DNA of 64,000 bases. It comes from the human T2T-CHM13v2.0 reference genome, Homo sapiens. The position numbers and the translations under genes are program-made. The notes beneath the pieces are model-generated. The model was not told the origin of the DNA. It made no database searches and worked only from the letters and a program-made list of their open reading frames with translations. This document shows positions 12,301 to 27,298 of this stretch, one piece after another (position 1 is the first letter of the stretch; each line of letters begins with the position of its first letter). The stretch lies in assembly GCF_009914755.1 (NCBI RefSeq), contig NC_060941.1; one strand, 5' to 3'.

Positions 12301-13400
12301 CAGGGGCACCATTTACGGAGCTGGGGAACAGCAGGAGCTCGTTTTGTTAGCAGGTGCGAGGCGCCGGGCATTTAAAGGCGGCCTGACGGGACCGGCCGAG
12401 GCGGAAGAACGGACAGGGCCCTGCGGGACCGCGCTCGGATCCGCCTCCTCCCTGACCTCGGCGTCCCCGGCTACTGCCTCCAGAGCCGCTTCGGGGCCGA
12501 CCCCGGGGACTCTTCCCGCCTGCGGCCTCGCGCCAGCCCGGCCGGCTCGCCTAGTGCCCGGCGCCCAGAAACGCGTGGAGCTGGGAGAGGCCACACAACC
12601 CACGCCGGAAGCCTAACCCCGTCGGCCCCCGCGGCCGGCACCGGCCGGAAGCCCGCGAAGCCTAACTCTCGCGAGACGCCTCCTGAGTCCCGCCTCTCCG
12701 CGGTTCCGCCAGTCGCCGCGCTCCTGTCTGCGTTGCTGTGGCAGCCCCGCCGTGCGTCCGCGTTCCCGGAGCCAGCGCGGCGGCGCGCCTGTGCTCGGGG
12801 CTTGGCCGTAGCTTTTCCTCAGGTCCCGCGCGGCGCGCCCCTGTGTCGCAGGCGCCCTGCCGCTGCCCGCAGCTTTTGGGGGGTTCGGGGGCGGGGGAAG
12901 CAGGGCCGCAGAAGGCCCAATCGGAGCCTTCTGACACCCGCCCCGGCCCGCCGCCCTCCCGGAGCTTCCGTCCCCGCCGCCTGGCTCCTTACTGACACGC
13001 GCGCCGCCCCCGGTCGCCCGTTTTCCCTGGGCTCCGGCCTCCTCTCGCTTCCAGCCCTGGCCTGAGGTCCTGAGGGCTCCCTGGAGGGGGCGGCTTCCCA
13101 GCACCCAGCGTTTAACAGGGCCCTTTCGGCCTCCCTGTCCCCCAAGCTCAGAGTTGGGGTCTGCAGCAGGGGAAAGAAGGAGGGAGACTGGGCAGCTCAA
13201 GTTCCCCAGACCGCACCTATCAGACGGAGGGCGGCCCGCTCCCGTCAGAGCCCGACCTCGGCGGACAGGGGAGGGGATGGGTTGAGAAGCGGGAGAAGGC
13301 CACTAGCTGGAAACTCCCTGACGACAGGGACACCGTTCTCGCCCCAGCCCCAGCGCTCGGCCTCCGCAGAGCCGGCCCAACGAAGGAAGAATGAAAATAT
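12290..13400. promoter_or_regulatory. Orphan CpG island / promoter-like element
   Basis: Dense CpG. CCGGAAG at 12605 and 12645, perfect TCTCGCGAGA at 12667-12676. No recognisable coding exon is attached. Confidence 0.8.
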
Positions 13401-13529
13401 GAACGTGACATGATGTGGGCTTGAGAGGCCGCCTTGTTCTTTGGATTCACCCAGAAACCTGACTGAAAGGAAAGTTACTGCAACTGGGGAAAAGCACAGT
13501 TGGCTGGAGAATTTGGTTTAAAAATAAAT

Positions 13530-13720
13530 AAGTTTTAAATTATGTAACTAACACGTGCTTGGTGTAGAAAATTTGGAAAACATATGAAAGTACGGTATAA
13601 AAATCCTCGATCCCACTGCCACATAGAACCACTATTAACATGTCAGAATCGTTTCTTCGGGTGTTTTTTTTTTCTTAATGCATTTATATTGCATATACAT
13701 TTTTTCTCTAACAATATATT
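13530..13720 (-). mobile_element. Old L1 (L1ME-like) 3' fragment
   Basis: tgtagaaaatttggaaaacata...aaccactattaaca. Confidence 0.45.
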
Positions 13721-16269
13721 GATGTGCCCCAGTCCCCCACAGACCCTAATGTATGAATGGGAATGGAGGCGTCTGAAATGTGACTCACAAAGAGTTCTCT
13801 TTCCTCCCTAACACCCCATCCCTGCCTCACCCCTTCAGCGCATTCACAGCAGCACTGGGACTCCGGACTCAGACAAATGTGCACTGAGCTGGCTGGTGCT
13901 CTCATAGCCTCTGGCCCCAGAGCTCCACCTTCCCCTGCAGAGGGGGTCCCGGGAGTGTCCTCAAGTGCTCCATGCCCCATGTTCCTTTCCATGGCACCAA
14001 ATTCTTCTGACCTCCTTCTGGGTGAGGGGTGAGGGGGTGAGGTAGGGGGTTGGGGAAGAGTGTCCCCATGAGGCCTGAGGGGCCTGCTAGTGCAGGGGAG
14101 GAAGGGAAGTTCAAGCAAGCAGGCTCAACGGAGGGCTCCACCCTCCAGGTACGGCCAGGTCCTGGGAGAAGGAGGGGAAGCAGTCTGGTCCAGGAGAGAG
14201 GCAGCAAGGGCAGATGCTAAGCCTTTGCCTCTGCACTCCCTGGGGACCTCTGGGGACCCCCCCCCCCACCCAGCACTAGTAATCAAAGGAGGACAGACAC
14301 CTACACACGTGTCCCATATGTCTCACCCTAGCAGGCAGCGAGAGGATGCCCAGTGTTACTCTGGCCCCCTGGAAGGCTAGCTTGCTCTCCTGGGCACAAG
14401 TCAGAAGCAGTGTGAACTGGGGTGGGTGGTGGGGGACACCCCTCCCGGTGAGCCCCCCCTCCGACCCGGCTGTCAGTGATCCACAAGTCTGGCCCGTCAG
14501 CCCTCCCTGCTGAGCACACAGTCCACTGACCCTTCTTCAGAATTGTGGGAATGACCTCACTGCCCCTCCAAGCAACCTGTTGTGCTGCCGCCCACATCAG
14601 ACATCCGGGGAATGGACTGCACAGCCTCCATGTGTGCTGGCTCCTTGGCGCCTGCAGAGCCGGGTTGATTCTGTCTTTCCCTTCAACTCTTGTCTTAAAG
14701 GATATCCTGAGCGTGCCGGCTCCTCTGCTCAGAGGGTGTTAGGGTGGCGGTGGCAGTGGGCACCTCTCTGCTCCTCGGCTGGGTGCTCAGCCTCGCCAGG
14801 CTGCCTGGAGCTGGTGGAGCAACAGCCTTGTCCCCCGTCCAGCTCTCTGCAGCTGCCCTCTCCTGTCAGAAGCTCCTGGAAAGCATTTCTGGCACATAGA
14901 GGCCATCTGCATGTTCTCCTCCTGCCCGCCCCACCCCGAGTAGCCACAGAGGATCTTCCCCAGCTGCCTTCACCTCCGCCCCCAGACAGAGCCTCCTGGC
15001 TACTCCCCCAGATAGTGTCTCCAAAATCACTTCCATTTCTCCTCTGCTCGCAGCCACTCAGTGGCTTTCGTTATCATTCAGAATAAAACCAAAGCGTCCA
15101 TTACCATCCAACCAAAGACCCCAGGAACGCGCTGCAGTGGAATCAAGCCACGTCTGTTGACTGGTTGCTGTGAGAGGATGTTAGGAAGGACCCGCAAGTC
15201 TCCTCGTGTTGGGAGAGCATGGTGGGAGGAGGAGTTGGGAGAGGCTCAAGGCAGCAGGGCTGACTCCACAGCTGGGTATCTTGATAACTTTTATCTAGAA
15301 GGCAGGAAGAACAAAATGCAGCTGAAGCTGAAATTGATCAAGCAGCAGCGGTCATTCAAATTAGCCAGGACGGGGTGGTTTGGTGACCCTTGAGGTCTGG
15401 CCGATGCTCATGTTCTGCCTATGCTCTGACACGATCCTGTGTATCTTGCCCCATCTCGGGCACACAGTGGTCTTGTCTGGTGTTGGTGTTCAGTGACATT
15501 GCTTAGCCATGAAATTGTCTCCAGGTTAGTGACTAGTGACGCCAGGGTGGGTGGCTCTTCTCTTTTTCAAGACCTGGGTGTCACCTGACCCCCAGCTGCC
15601 TCTGACTCACCTGCCACTGCCCTTCTTGTCCACACTCTTCCTGACAAGCTGGTTTCCTGTGTGGCCGAACAGTTTCCTCCTTCGGGCCCTTCGTGGTCAC
15701 CGGGCCCCTGCCTGGAGCCTCCGCCTCAGGAACCCATGTGGCTGACTCCGGCCCTGTGGCCTTGCCACTCTCTCTCCATCCCCACGCTGTCCCCTTGGTG
15801 GTTCTTACTGCCACCTTCCTTTCCACCTGCTGAAACCCTAGGGTCTTCTGGTCCCTCTGCCCATCTAAGACCGAATTCCCACAACAGGGAGAGTCTGGGT
15901 GACACGCTGGTGCGTTTATTCCTGGGGCAGTGTGGTTCCCACATGGATCCTCAGATGTTCTTTGGTGTTGGTGACCCCACTGTGGACCGTTGGTTCTGCT
16001 CCAAGACCAAAGCTGGCTGCTGGTGGGTGCAGAATGCGCATGTGGCTTGGACCAGACAGCCTCTAGGCCTCCCCTTTCTACCGCCAGGTGCCGAAGGGCC
16101 AGCAGCCTGGACACCCCGGAGCCCTGGAGAGCTCTGACCCCAGCCTCTGCCCCACCTGAAGTGGGTCTGGCCCCTTCTTGCAACAGGATCAGCCCCCAGC
16201 TGGAGACAGAGACCCCACAGCCAGCCCAGACAGCCGCCTAGTACTCCCCAGTCCCCCAGCCTAAGGACG

Positions 16270-16702
16270 CTCCACTGTCCTGGGCTGCCAAAACAAATAT
16301 CACCAACTAGGCACCTCAAAACTCATCCTCTGGCAGTTCTAGAAGGCAGAAGTCCACAGTCAAGCGGTCAGCAGAGCTGGTTCCCTCTGGAGGCTTGGAG
16401 GGAGAGTCCGTTTCACGCACCCCATTTTGCTTCTGGTGGCTGCTGGCAATCCTTGGTGTCCCTTGGTTCAGAGACATCGCTGCAACTTCTGCCTCTGTCG
16501 TCCCGCGGCCTCCTTCCCAAGTGTGCAGCTGTGTCCTCTCCTCTTCTTACCAGGGCCCCAGTCACTGGACTTAGGGCCCAACCCAATCCAGCCTGACCTC
16601 ATCTTAACTTGATTACAGTTGCAAAGACCCTATTTCCAAATAAAGCCCTAGTCACAGGTTCTGGGTGGGCATGGATTTGGGGTGACATATTCCACCCAAC
16701 GC
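16270..16702 (-). mobile_element. MLT1 solo LTR
   Basis: gggctgccaaaacaaa...gacctcatcttaacttgattaca..gcaaagaccctatttccaaataaa..cacaggttctggg. Confidence 0.8.
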
Positions 16703-17589
16703 AGCTCCCACCCCCATGTGGTGGAAGCCCAGGGTCAGGGAGGATCCCCGTTCCCCTGCTGGCTCCCAGTGCGCTTCCAACTTCCAAGGGGGGCTCAGTG
16801 GGTGGTCTGAGCTGGACACAACCTAGCTCCTTCATTCCTGTGAAGCATCGTTCTCACGGGCCGTCTGGGCAGCAGGCATTTACTGATGTTTGGAGTAATG
16901 GGGACAGCACTTTACAGGTGACAACCTGGGGCACCTCTTGGCAGCTGGGTGCCTCCCTGTGACCTCAGCTGTGACCTCAGCAGTGACCTCAGCTGTGTCT
17001 CTCTGCCCTTCTTGACCCCATCACCTCTTTTCTTCCCCTAACTCCTGGTTCCATGGGCTCTCACCTCCTCTCTCCCAGGATGTCTGAGAAAACCACAGTC
17101 CCTCTCACTTTTTGTCCAAGCAGTCCAGCGCTCTCTGCCCTTCACCTTCTCCTCCGGCCTGGACCCCTGAAGGCAAGGGAGAGGGTAGAGATCACCTCTC
17201 AGATCCAGAAGATCCAAAAACACCCCTGGGGTGTAGGAGTCATGCTGATTCCCTCGGCTGTGAAGCAGTGCGTTCTTATCGCAAAGAGCACTTCTGTTTT
17301 TTTCTTCTTTCTACATCTGTGCTAACATTCTGTGATTCTTAGAGAACGAAAATTCTGAAGAGCAAATCCCAGAGCCAAGAATGTTCAAGCCAGAAGGGAT
17401 TTCTATGAGGAACAAAACAGACAAGGCCTCTGCCTGCAGGGTGCATATCCCGAGTGGAGAGATGGGGCTGTACAGACCCAGAGAGCGTGGCTCGCCCTGG
17501 AAGGGAAGGTCAGGTGCGACGGGACAGAATGGCCAGGAGGACTAGTTTATACTAGGGGGTGAGGGTCAGGGATGAGCAGGATTTAGTGA

Positions 17590-18985
<1,396 letters not shown>

Positions 18986-19074
18986 ACTGTACTATAAAAG
19001 CCATGGAATCGCACGCTTTCCATAGGTGAATTGCATGGTTTGTGAATTATGTCTCATTAGAAGAGGAGCATTTA

Positions 19075-19345
<271 letters not shown>

Positions 19346-20387
19346 AAAGAGGGGCAGCAGCCCCCACATGCAGCCCCCATGCAAGAGCCCCCAAGGAGAG
19401 GCTTGATGCATCAGAGGTGCTGGGTGGTCTGGCAGGCTGGAGCCAGGCCACTGGGGAGCTGGGAGCAGAGGGAAGTGTGTGGAGGGCAGCCCTGCCCCGG
19501 GTTCTGCAGCAGCCCCCGCCTTGTCTGCCTGCACTGCTCTCGGCTGGTTCTGTGCTGAGCGCAGCCTCTCCTTGGAAGCCAATTTTCTGCACAGTGAAAT
19601 GTTTTTTTTGTGCCCACTTTAGCAGATGGCCCCCCACCTTGGCCTGAATTGGGAAGCACAGAAATGCAGCAGGGGACAGACGGCTTCTTTGGCAATGTCT
19701 TACAGGCACACGAGCACGCAGACTCATACCCGCCCCCCACAACTCGCCTTCACGGACTCTGGGCTGCAGCCGGCCTCCGGAGACCTCTCCTCTTCTGCTG
19801 CCGACCAGCTGCTGGACGCCTGGCCCAGGTGCTTGCTTGGGATGGATGCAGATGACTACATGTCTCCAAGGCCGGGACCGGGGCGCTTCCTCTCCTGCAC
19901 CCGCCCCTCTCGGCCAGTCCCTCCACTCCCCCTAATGGGAGAATGCTGAAGGGATCCTGGCAGGGACTCCTGACCTCCAGTGTGGAGACCCCGCCCCAGG
20001 CACCTGTCTCAACCCCATTTACAGGGTAGCTGAGAAACTTCTGGGGAGACAGCCTGACCTTGGCCCACCACTGGAGTCCAGACCTTAAACCCACTGTGGT
20101 CAGTAGGCAGGAGTCTGGCCTGAGGTTTGAGGAAGGGCAACAGAGTCTCCAGTGGGGAAGTCGCCATTGAGGAAAAGTCTAGTGAAAGCAGATCCTAGGC
20201 CCACGGGACCAATGGTGTGTCAGGGCCGAGTTCCAGGGCCAGCAGGGAGGAGGGGGCTGGTGCAGGGAGGGTTGGTAGCCTCCACAGAGGGATGCCACCG
20301 GTCCTCATGGGTTGGAGCCAGCCCTTGGGCACCAGAGAGAGCCTGAAGGGGCTACAGAGACCATCTGATCCTACCCTGTTGTTCTAA

Positions 20388-20683
<296 letters not shown>

Positions 20684-20869
20684 TAACCTATTGTTCTGTG
20701 CTGGGGTGGGGTGGGGAAGATGGAGGCTTGGGAGGCCACTGCCCACTCCTCATGTGACCAGGTCAGTCTCAGGAAATGTAAGTGTCCTTCTTAGAGGAAC
20801 TGGGAGACAAAGGGATTTTCAGGTTTCGTTTTTGTTTTTGAGACAGGGTCTCACTCTGTCACTCCAACA

Positions 20870-21387
<518 letters not shown>

Positions 21388-21404
21388 AACCAATGTGGGG
21401 GTAC

Positions 21405-21707
<303 letters not shown>

Positions 21708-22769
21708 TAAGGGTCAAACTGTTGGAAACATTTATTTAAAAATCCAGTAGGAGGGAAATGTGTGACCAGTGAGTGCAGAGGGAGTCTGTGGCATTTCCAG
21801 GAAGCACCCCAGGCCAGGCCTTGAGCATCTGGGAGAGGAAGGATGTTCAGGCCACGGGGCAGACGTCTCCACAAGCCGAGGCCACAGGGACTTAGCTGTG
21901 CGTGAGTGTGGGTGTGTGAGCAGCCAGCTCCTCGAGCTGAAGGAGCTCGTGTGCCAGCGAGAGGGTGCTGCTGGGGATGAGCCCACCCCCGGCTACCTCG
22001 TAGGGAATGGGCACAGGGAGAAAGCAGGACTCCCTCAACTGGGATGCCCCTGCTCCAGGAGCCCACAGCTGGGCTCAAGGCCGTACACATGCCCGGCTTC
22101 CTGGAGCACCAAAGACAGGAAGAGGGCAGCTGGGGGACCTGGAGCCGGATGCCCTTTCCCAGGATAAATGTAGGGCTTCCAGAGGCCTTGCATTTGCAGG
22201 GGGCCACTTTAAGCCACATCCCCAGACCTTCCAGGGCTTGGTCCAGCTTCCCCTGCTGCTGCTTATGGGACCTGGGTGGGGGATTTGACAAGTCCTGGAG
22301 CAGCTCAGTGGGTGGGGAGGGAGAGATCCAAGGACAGGTGGCCTGCAGTCCTGCGTGGGGGCGGGGGACGCAGCCTTCAGGAGCTGAGAAGGGGACCCCC
22401 AGACATCCGGAGCTTCCTGGTATGGATGACATGGGAGGCACTGGAGTCCGAGGGCTGCAGCTGGGGTGCCCCATGGCCCAACCTGAAGGCAACATTTCCC
22501 AGCTCCCCTTGGTTCTTTGGCATCCCAGGAGGGACTGGTGCATGGGGAGGGGCCTGTGGGCAGTGGGGGCGGCGTCCGGCCTTCAGGAGAGGAACCTGGA
22601 GGAGGGTATCCTGGCATGGCAGAAGGTAGTGGGGTCTGCCCCCAATTGTACCTGCTCGCACCAGGCCCTGTGCATATAGCTCCTCATCCCATCTTCACGG
22701 CCCTGAGAGAGAGTACTGCCAGCCCCACAGCACAGGTCAGGACCCTGCTGTTTAGCCAGGCCAGGCGAG

Positions 22770-22920
22770 AACACTGAGCTGGGAGTCAGGAATCCTGGAT
22801 TCTGATTTCTGAATGTCAAGCTGTGCAACTCTGAATGAGCCACACAGCCCCTCTGGGCCTCGGTCCCCTCATCTGAACAGTCGGGGAGACAGACTAGACG
22901 ACCCTCAAGGTTCTCCAGGC
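22770..22920 (+). mobile_element. MIR fragment
   Basis: gggagtcaggaatcctggattct...ctctgggcctcggtcccctcatctg. Confidence 0.6.
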
Positions 22921-23953
22921 CCAGACATCCTGCAGGTCTTGGACGTAGCATCTCTGTCCATAGCGACAGAGACAGAAGTACCCGCCATGCAGGCAGGCTG
23001 CCCCTGGCCCAGTGCAATTTGAGGAGGCTGCTGCATGGGGGCAGAGCTGGTGAAGACTGAGGGACCCCCGTCTTCCTGTGTTGGGACAGATGGGCAGGAG
23101 CTGTAGCTCAATGCAAGGAACCAAGCATGAAATGACAGAAAAAGAAGAGACGGGAGCGCAAAAGAAAACTTGCCGATAGTCAGAGCCGTCTGAAAATAGG
23201 ACAGACTACCTCTCTGGGGTAATGAGCTCCACATCACCAGAAGTGTGCAAGCCGAGAACAGTTTCAGGCACCTGAGAGGCTGCTGAAGTTAATGACTTCC
23301 AAGACACCCTCTGGCTTTGACTTCTTGCGCCCGTGTCCCGCTGCCCAGACTCCCACCTCACTCCACCGAGCTGCAAGGCCCGTGGCTTCTTTCCAAGCAG
23401 CTGTTCTTAGCTCCACGGCCCCCTGAAGGCATTCATGGATGAGCCAAAATCAGGCGTGAGAAGTGCAGAAAGTACTTTGCATCTAATGATAGTTAAGAAC
23501 CCAAGTGTTTGAATGAGCTCTCACATAGAGATTAGAAATGTATGCGTGACGTTATCACAGACGTAACTCTGCACTTTCTTGAGTGGGAGGTGTGAGGCGG
23601 TGTGTCCATTGGAGCCACTGGAATCGGGCATAACCCTGGGCCCGACCGTGAGCGTGCACCCTGGGGTGAACACCACCCAGCGAGAATGGCTCTGGGAACA
23701 CAGGCCAGGGGCCTCCCGCCTGGCAGGGCCTCTGTCTCCCGACCAAGGCTCTTCCTGCAGGGACACAGGGGGTTCCCTGCCTGCTTTGCTGAGGCCAAAC
23801 CTTCTCCCTCCACACCATCCCAGGTGACAGGTGGCTCACTCACACCCACTAAACCCCCGCTCCTGAGTCCTGGGAACACCAGAGCACCGGGCAGAGAATC
23901 CCCGGGCGATGCCAACAGGAAGCCAGAGTGACCAGTCCCTTCCGCCAACCCAG

Positions 23954-23989
23954 TGTGTGTGTGTGTGTGTGTGTGCATCTGTGTGTGTG
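23954..23989. repeat. (GT)n microsatellite
   Basis: Direct read. Confidence 0.9.
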
Positions 23990-24736
23990 AGGTGGGGGGC
24001 ACCAACCAAACCACCGGGCAGGTGATTTTGGCTCCATGTCCCCTGACTTCAGGTTGTAAGTGTGCTAGAATCACTCACCCCAGGGCACTTGGGTCCTGGT
24101 TACTCTGTCCCTTGGAAGGAACAGCTCGCAAGCTCCAAACACATCCAGAGTCAAGCCAGGTCCACAAGGGGGACAGGGAAGTAAGCTCAGCCCAAGGCCC
24201 AGCGTTCCCATGGCTATTTATCCCTTTGTAGGGACACTCTCAGACACTCTCAGACAAGTGCAGGGAAGGGGCCTGGGACTCTGAAAGCGGGAAGGCAACC
24301 ACACGTGGCTAAGGCCCCGCTAGCAGAGGCTGAGGCAGAGAACTGCCAGAGTTGCTTGGGCACGACAAGCCCGGGCCACCTTGAACCCGGACCCAGCTGT
24401 GGACCGCGAGTCCACCCAGGAGGGGAAGGGGAATGCGGAGTGACCCCACATCCCAGGCCGAGTGGCCTCACTGAGTTGGGGAAACACTGGGCCACTCTCT
24501 GCCTCTGCGTCAGCTGCCCCTGGGAAATGGAGACCCCTCCACCCAACATCCAGCATCACCAGACGGTGTGGGGTTGTCAAAGGGCACAGGGCAATGCACA
24601 AGCGAGGCACACACCCCCTGCAGGTGAGGGTCACCTGCACCTGGCTGGGGAAGAGGGGTGGCTGCAGGGGGAGGTGGCATTGGCAAGCCTCGGAAAAGAA
24701 GAGACATCCTGAGGAGACCACAGTCTTTCTCCACTC

Positions 24737-24742
24737 TTTACT
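24737..24742 (-). terminator. Probable NPTX1 polyadenylation signal (variant AGTAAA)
   Basis: Plus-strand tttact reads AGTAAA on minus. It is preceded by TTTATTTTTAC and followed by CTGTGGTCTC...GATGTCTCTTCTTTT. Confidence 0.65.
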
Positions 24743-27265
24743 GTGTAAAAATAAACTCAACAATTCATGTCATTTCAGCAAGAAAATGAAAAAAAAAAAA
24801 AAAGCAAGAATACCAGTAGAAATAGTGCATTTCCAGAATTGCTGATGGGAGGTGGCAGGTCCCATGGTTTTGACCCATTTGATACCCAAAAGGCTGCAGA
24901 TCATATGAAAAATGTACAGCTTTGGTTAGCAAATAATGAAAAAGTGAGATACATCGATTCTCTTTCATATTATACAGTATATACATTATAACAATATCAA
25001 CCATAGGGGGTTTGCTTTTTTTTTTTTTTTTTTTTTTGGCAAATGAGACAAAATTGGGACTCTAAGTATTGGGCTTTTTTTTTTCTCTTCAATGACTTGT
25101 TCCCTTTCAACAAATTGCACTTCAGTCCACTGTGTACAGAAGTAATACATTTCCCATCGTTAGTTGAATAAATTTACACACTGTGTTTAAGAGATGAAAC
25201 CACGACTTCGTCAAGCCACATTTGGTTGCCATAAGATTCCAAAGGATTCTATCCTCTTAATGTGAACCACATGTAACCCAAGGTTCTTCTATCAAGGTTA
25301 GAACTGATATTCAAATCCTCGGCTCATTCCACTTAGTAAGTCAGCTCCAAGACACAGGTTCACCATAAATGGCCAGTTTTACCTCCTGGTCCCCAACATG
25401 CTTTTGAGAACAGGTGGCCCCTCTTTGGAGCTCACTGGAATGACTGAACCTCATGCCAGCCTCTCCTCACCCCCTCACTGCCCACAAGACACCCCCTTGG
25501 TCTCAGGTCCCAGGGCTGGTGACAAAGTGATCTTTGCAGTCTTAGAAAATAAACTGGGAATCTACAAAAGGAAAAGAAAGCATACAAAATGTATCTCTTT
25601 CTTCCAAAATACATGCTTTCAGTTCTACGTTTTGGTGGAGCCTGAAAGTATTTTCAAGGGAGATATAGGTTGAGTTAATTTATAGGTTTGTCCTTTTCTT
25701 TCATAAAAATACTCTTGTTTGGTAATAAACTTTTTCTTCTACAGTAAGAGAAATAATACTGTGTTATCAAAAGCAAGAAGGCTTACGACTCAAGTGGGAT
25801 CTAAGCCCCTGAGGGCCCGGAGAGCTTCTGTCAACAGCTCTCCCACCCCGGACACCCAGGGAGCTGTCGGACACCAGCTCGGCAAAAGCAAACACTGCCT
25901 CAACAGTGCTTTTTATCTTCTTGTTTTATAAAATGGCTTACCTGAGAGAGGCATGTATTATTCAGTGCAAGAGGGAACATCAATCAGATTAAGGAGTAAA
26001 TGGGAACTACGTGGATTAGATTTGCGGCTGTGTCATCGACCTTTCTCGGGGCCAGCAAAGTGCCAAGTGTCAACACAGTGAGGGAGTCGAGGGGCTTGGC
26101 TCAGACCCTAGCAAGGGGCAGGAGGGAGCTAAAGGTCAGCTTCGGCCCTGGCACCATGGGTGGGTCAGAGGAGGGGTGAGGAAGGTGAGCGGGCCAGGAG
26201 GCTGCAGGGGTGGAGGCGTAAGCACTGGGGTGTGCTCTGCCCCTCGCTAGTCAGGGCAGAGGATGGCTCATGGTCCTGAACGGACAGCTCCCACCTGGCC
26301 CACGGGGGCAGAAGGTGGTCTGCGGTCCAGTAGATCGGCAGGGGCGGGGCTGGCCGGAGGTGCTGGCAGGGGAGCACCCCACACAGCCCGCACCGGGCGT
26401 TGCCTACACAAGGGCTCCGAGATGGCTGGAGTGAGGGTGGGGCTAGATCTGGTCTAGAGAGGCGACTCCAAGCTCTCTTGCTGGCTCCCAGCTGTGGGAA
26501 TCCTTTAGGCTTGTTCTCAACCTACACGTTAAAAATGCTTCTTGGTGTGTTTGGGGAGGGGGAGAGGGAAACTGAGCTCTCTCTTGACCTCCTCCAACAC
26601 CCTTGACTTGCTTACCCAGCCATTTTCAGTAGCTACACGGGTGGTCACAGAACACTGGGCGGCACTCGGCACACAACACAGAACCGGGGCAGTCCATGCA
26701 GGTGCGGGAACACATGTCGGACCCAGGGAGCAAGGAACACGCCACCCCGAGGAACATGCAAACGGAGAAGATCCCTGCAGATCCAAGGATGCCACAACCC
26801 GACGGGCGCTGAGGAAGCACGATTATCTAAGAAAAAGCCACTGTTGAACAACAACGCGCAGCACGGCGCCTGATCTGCACCCCCCTCTGCGGGAGTGATG
26901 CATTGCAGAACGGCGGCCGGGTACCGTGCAGACACCCACAAGAACACTGACACAGAGACACTGACAGACACACACAGATGCACTAGGTTCTTGACACAAC
27001 GTGGACCTGTGTTTAAGGGGACAGGTGGCCCTAGAAGGAACAGAAGACAGAAACACCTGCTCCTCCTGCAGAAATGTCTGCAGCTGCAGCTGAGCCAGGC
27101 AGTGCAGTAGAATTTCTAGAAAGACTTGTCAGCGGTTTGCTGATGAGACTCCTGGAGACAGAGTCGGGGTGCCCTCAGGGCGTGCGACCACCAGATGGTG
27201 CAAAGCAGGAAGCTCCTCCTACCCTGGGCAGGGCCTCCCGAGCCTGCTCTCTTTCTCACTTAGCG

Positions 27266-27298
27266 CACACACACACACAACACACACACACACACACA
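27266..27298. repeat. (CA)n microsatellite in the NPTX1 3'UTR ((UG)n in the mRNA)
   Basis: Direct read, one interruption. Confidence 0.9.

Noticed and set aside
13405-13465. Possible C/D box snoRNA (ATGATG...CTGA)
   Set aside because: Box C is imperfect (ATGATGT), the span is only ~53 nt and there is no terminal stem.
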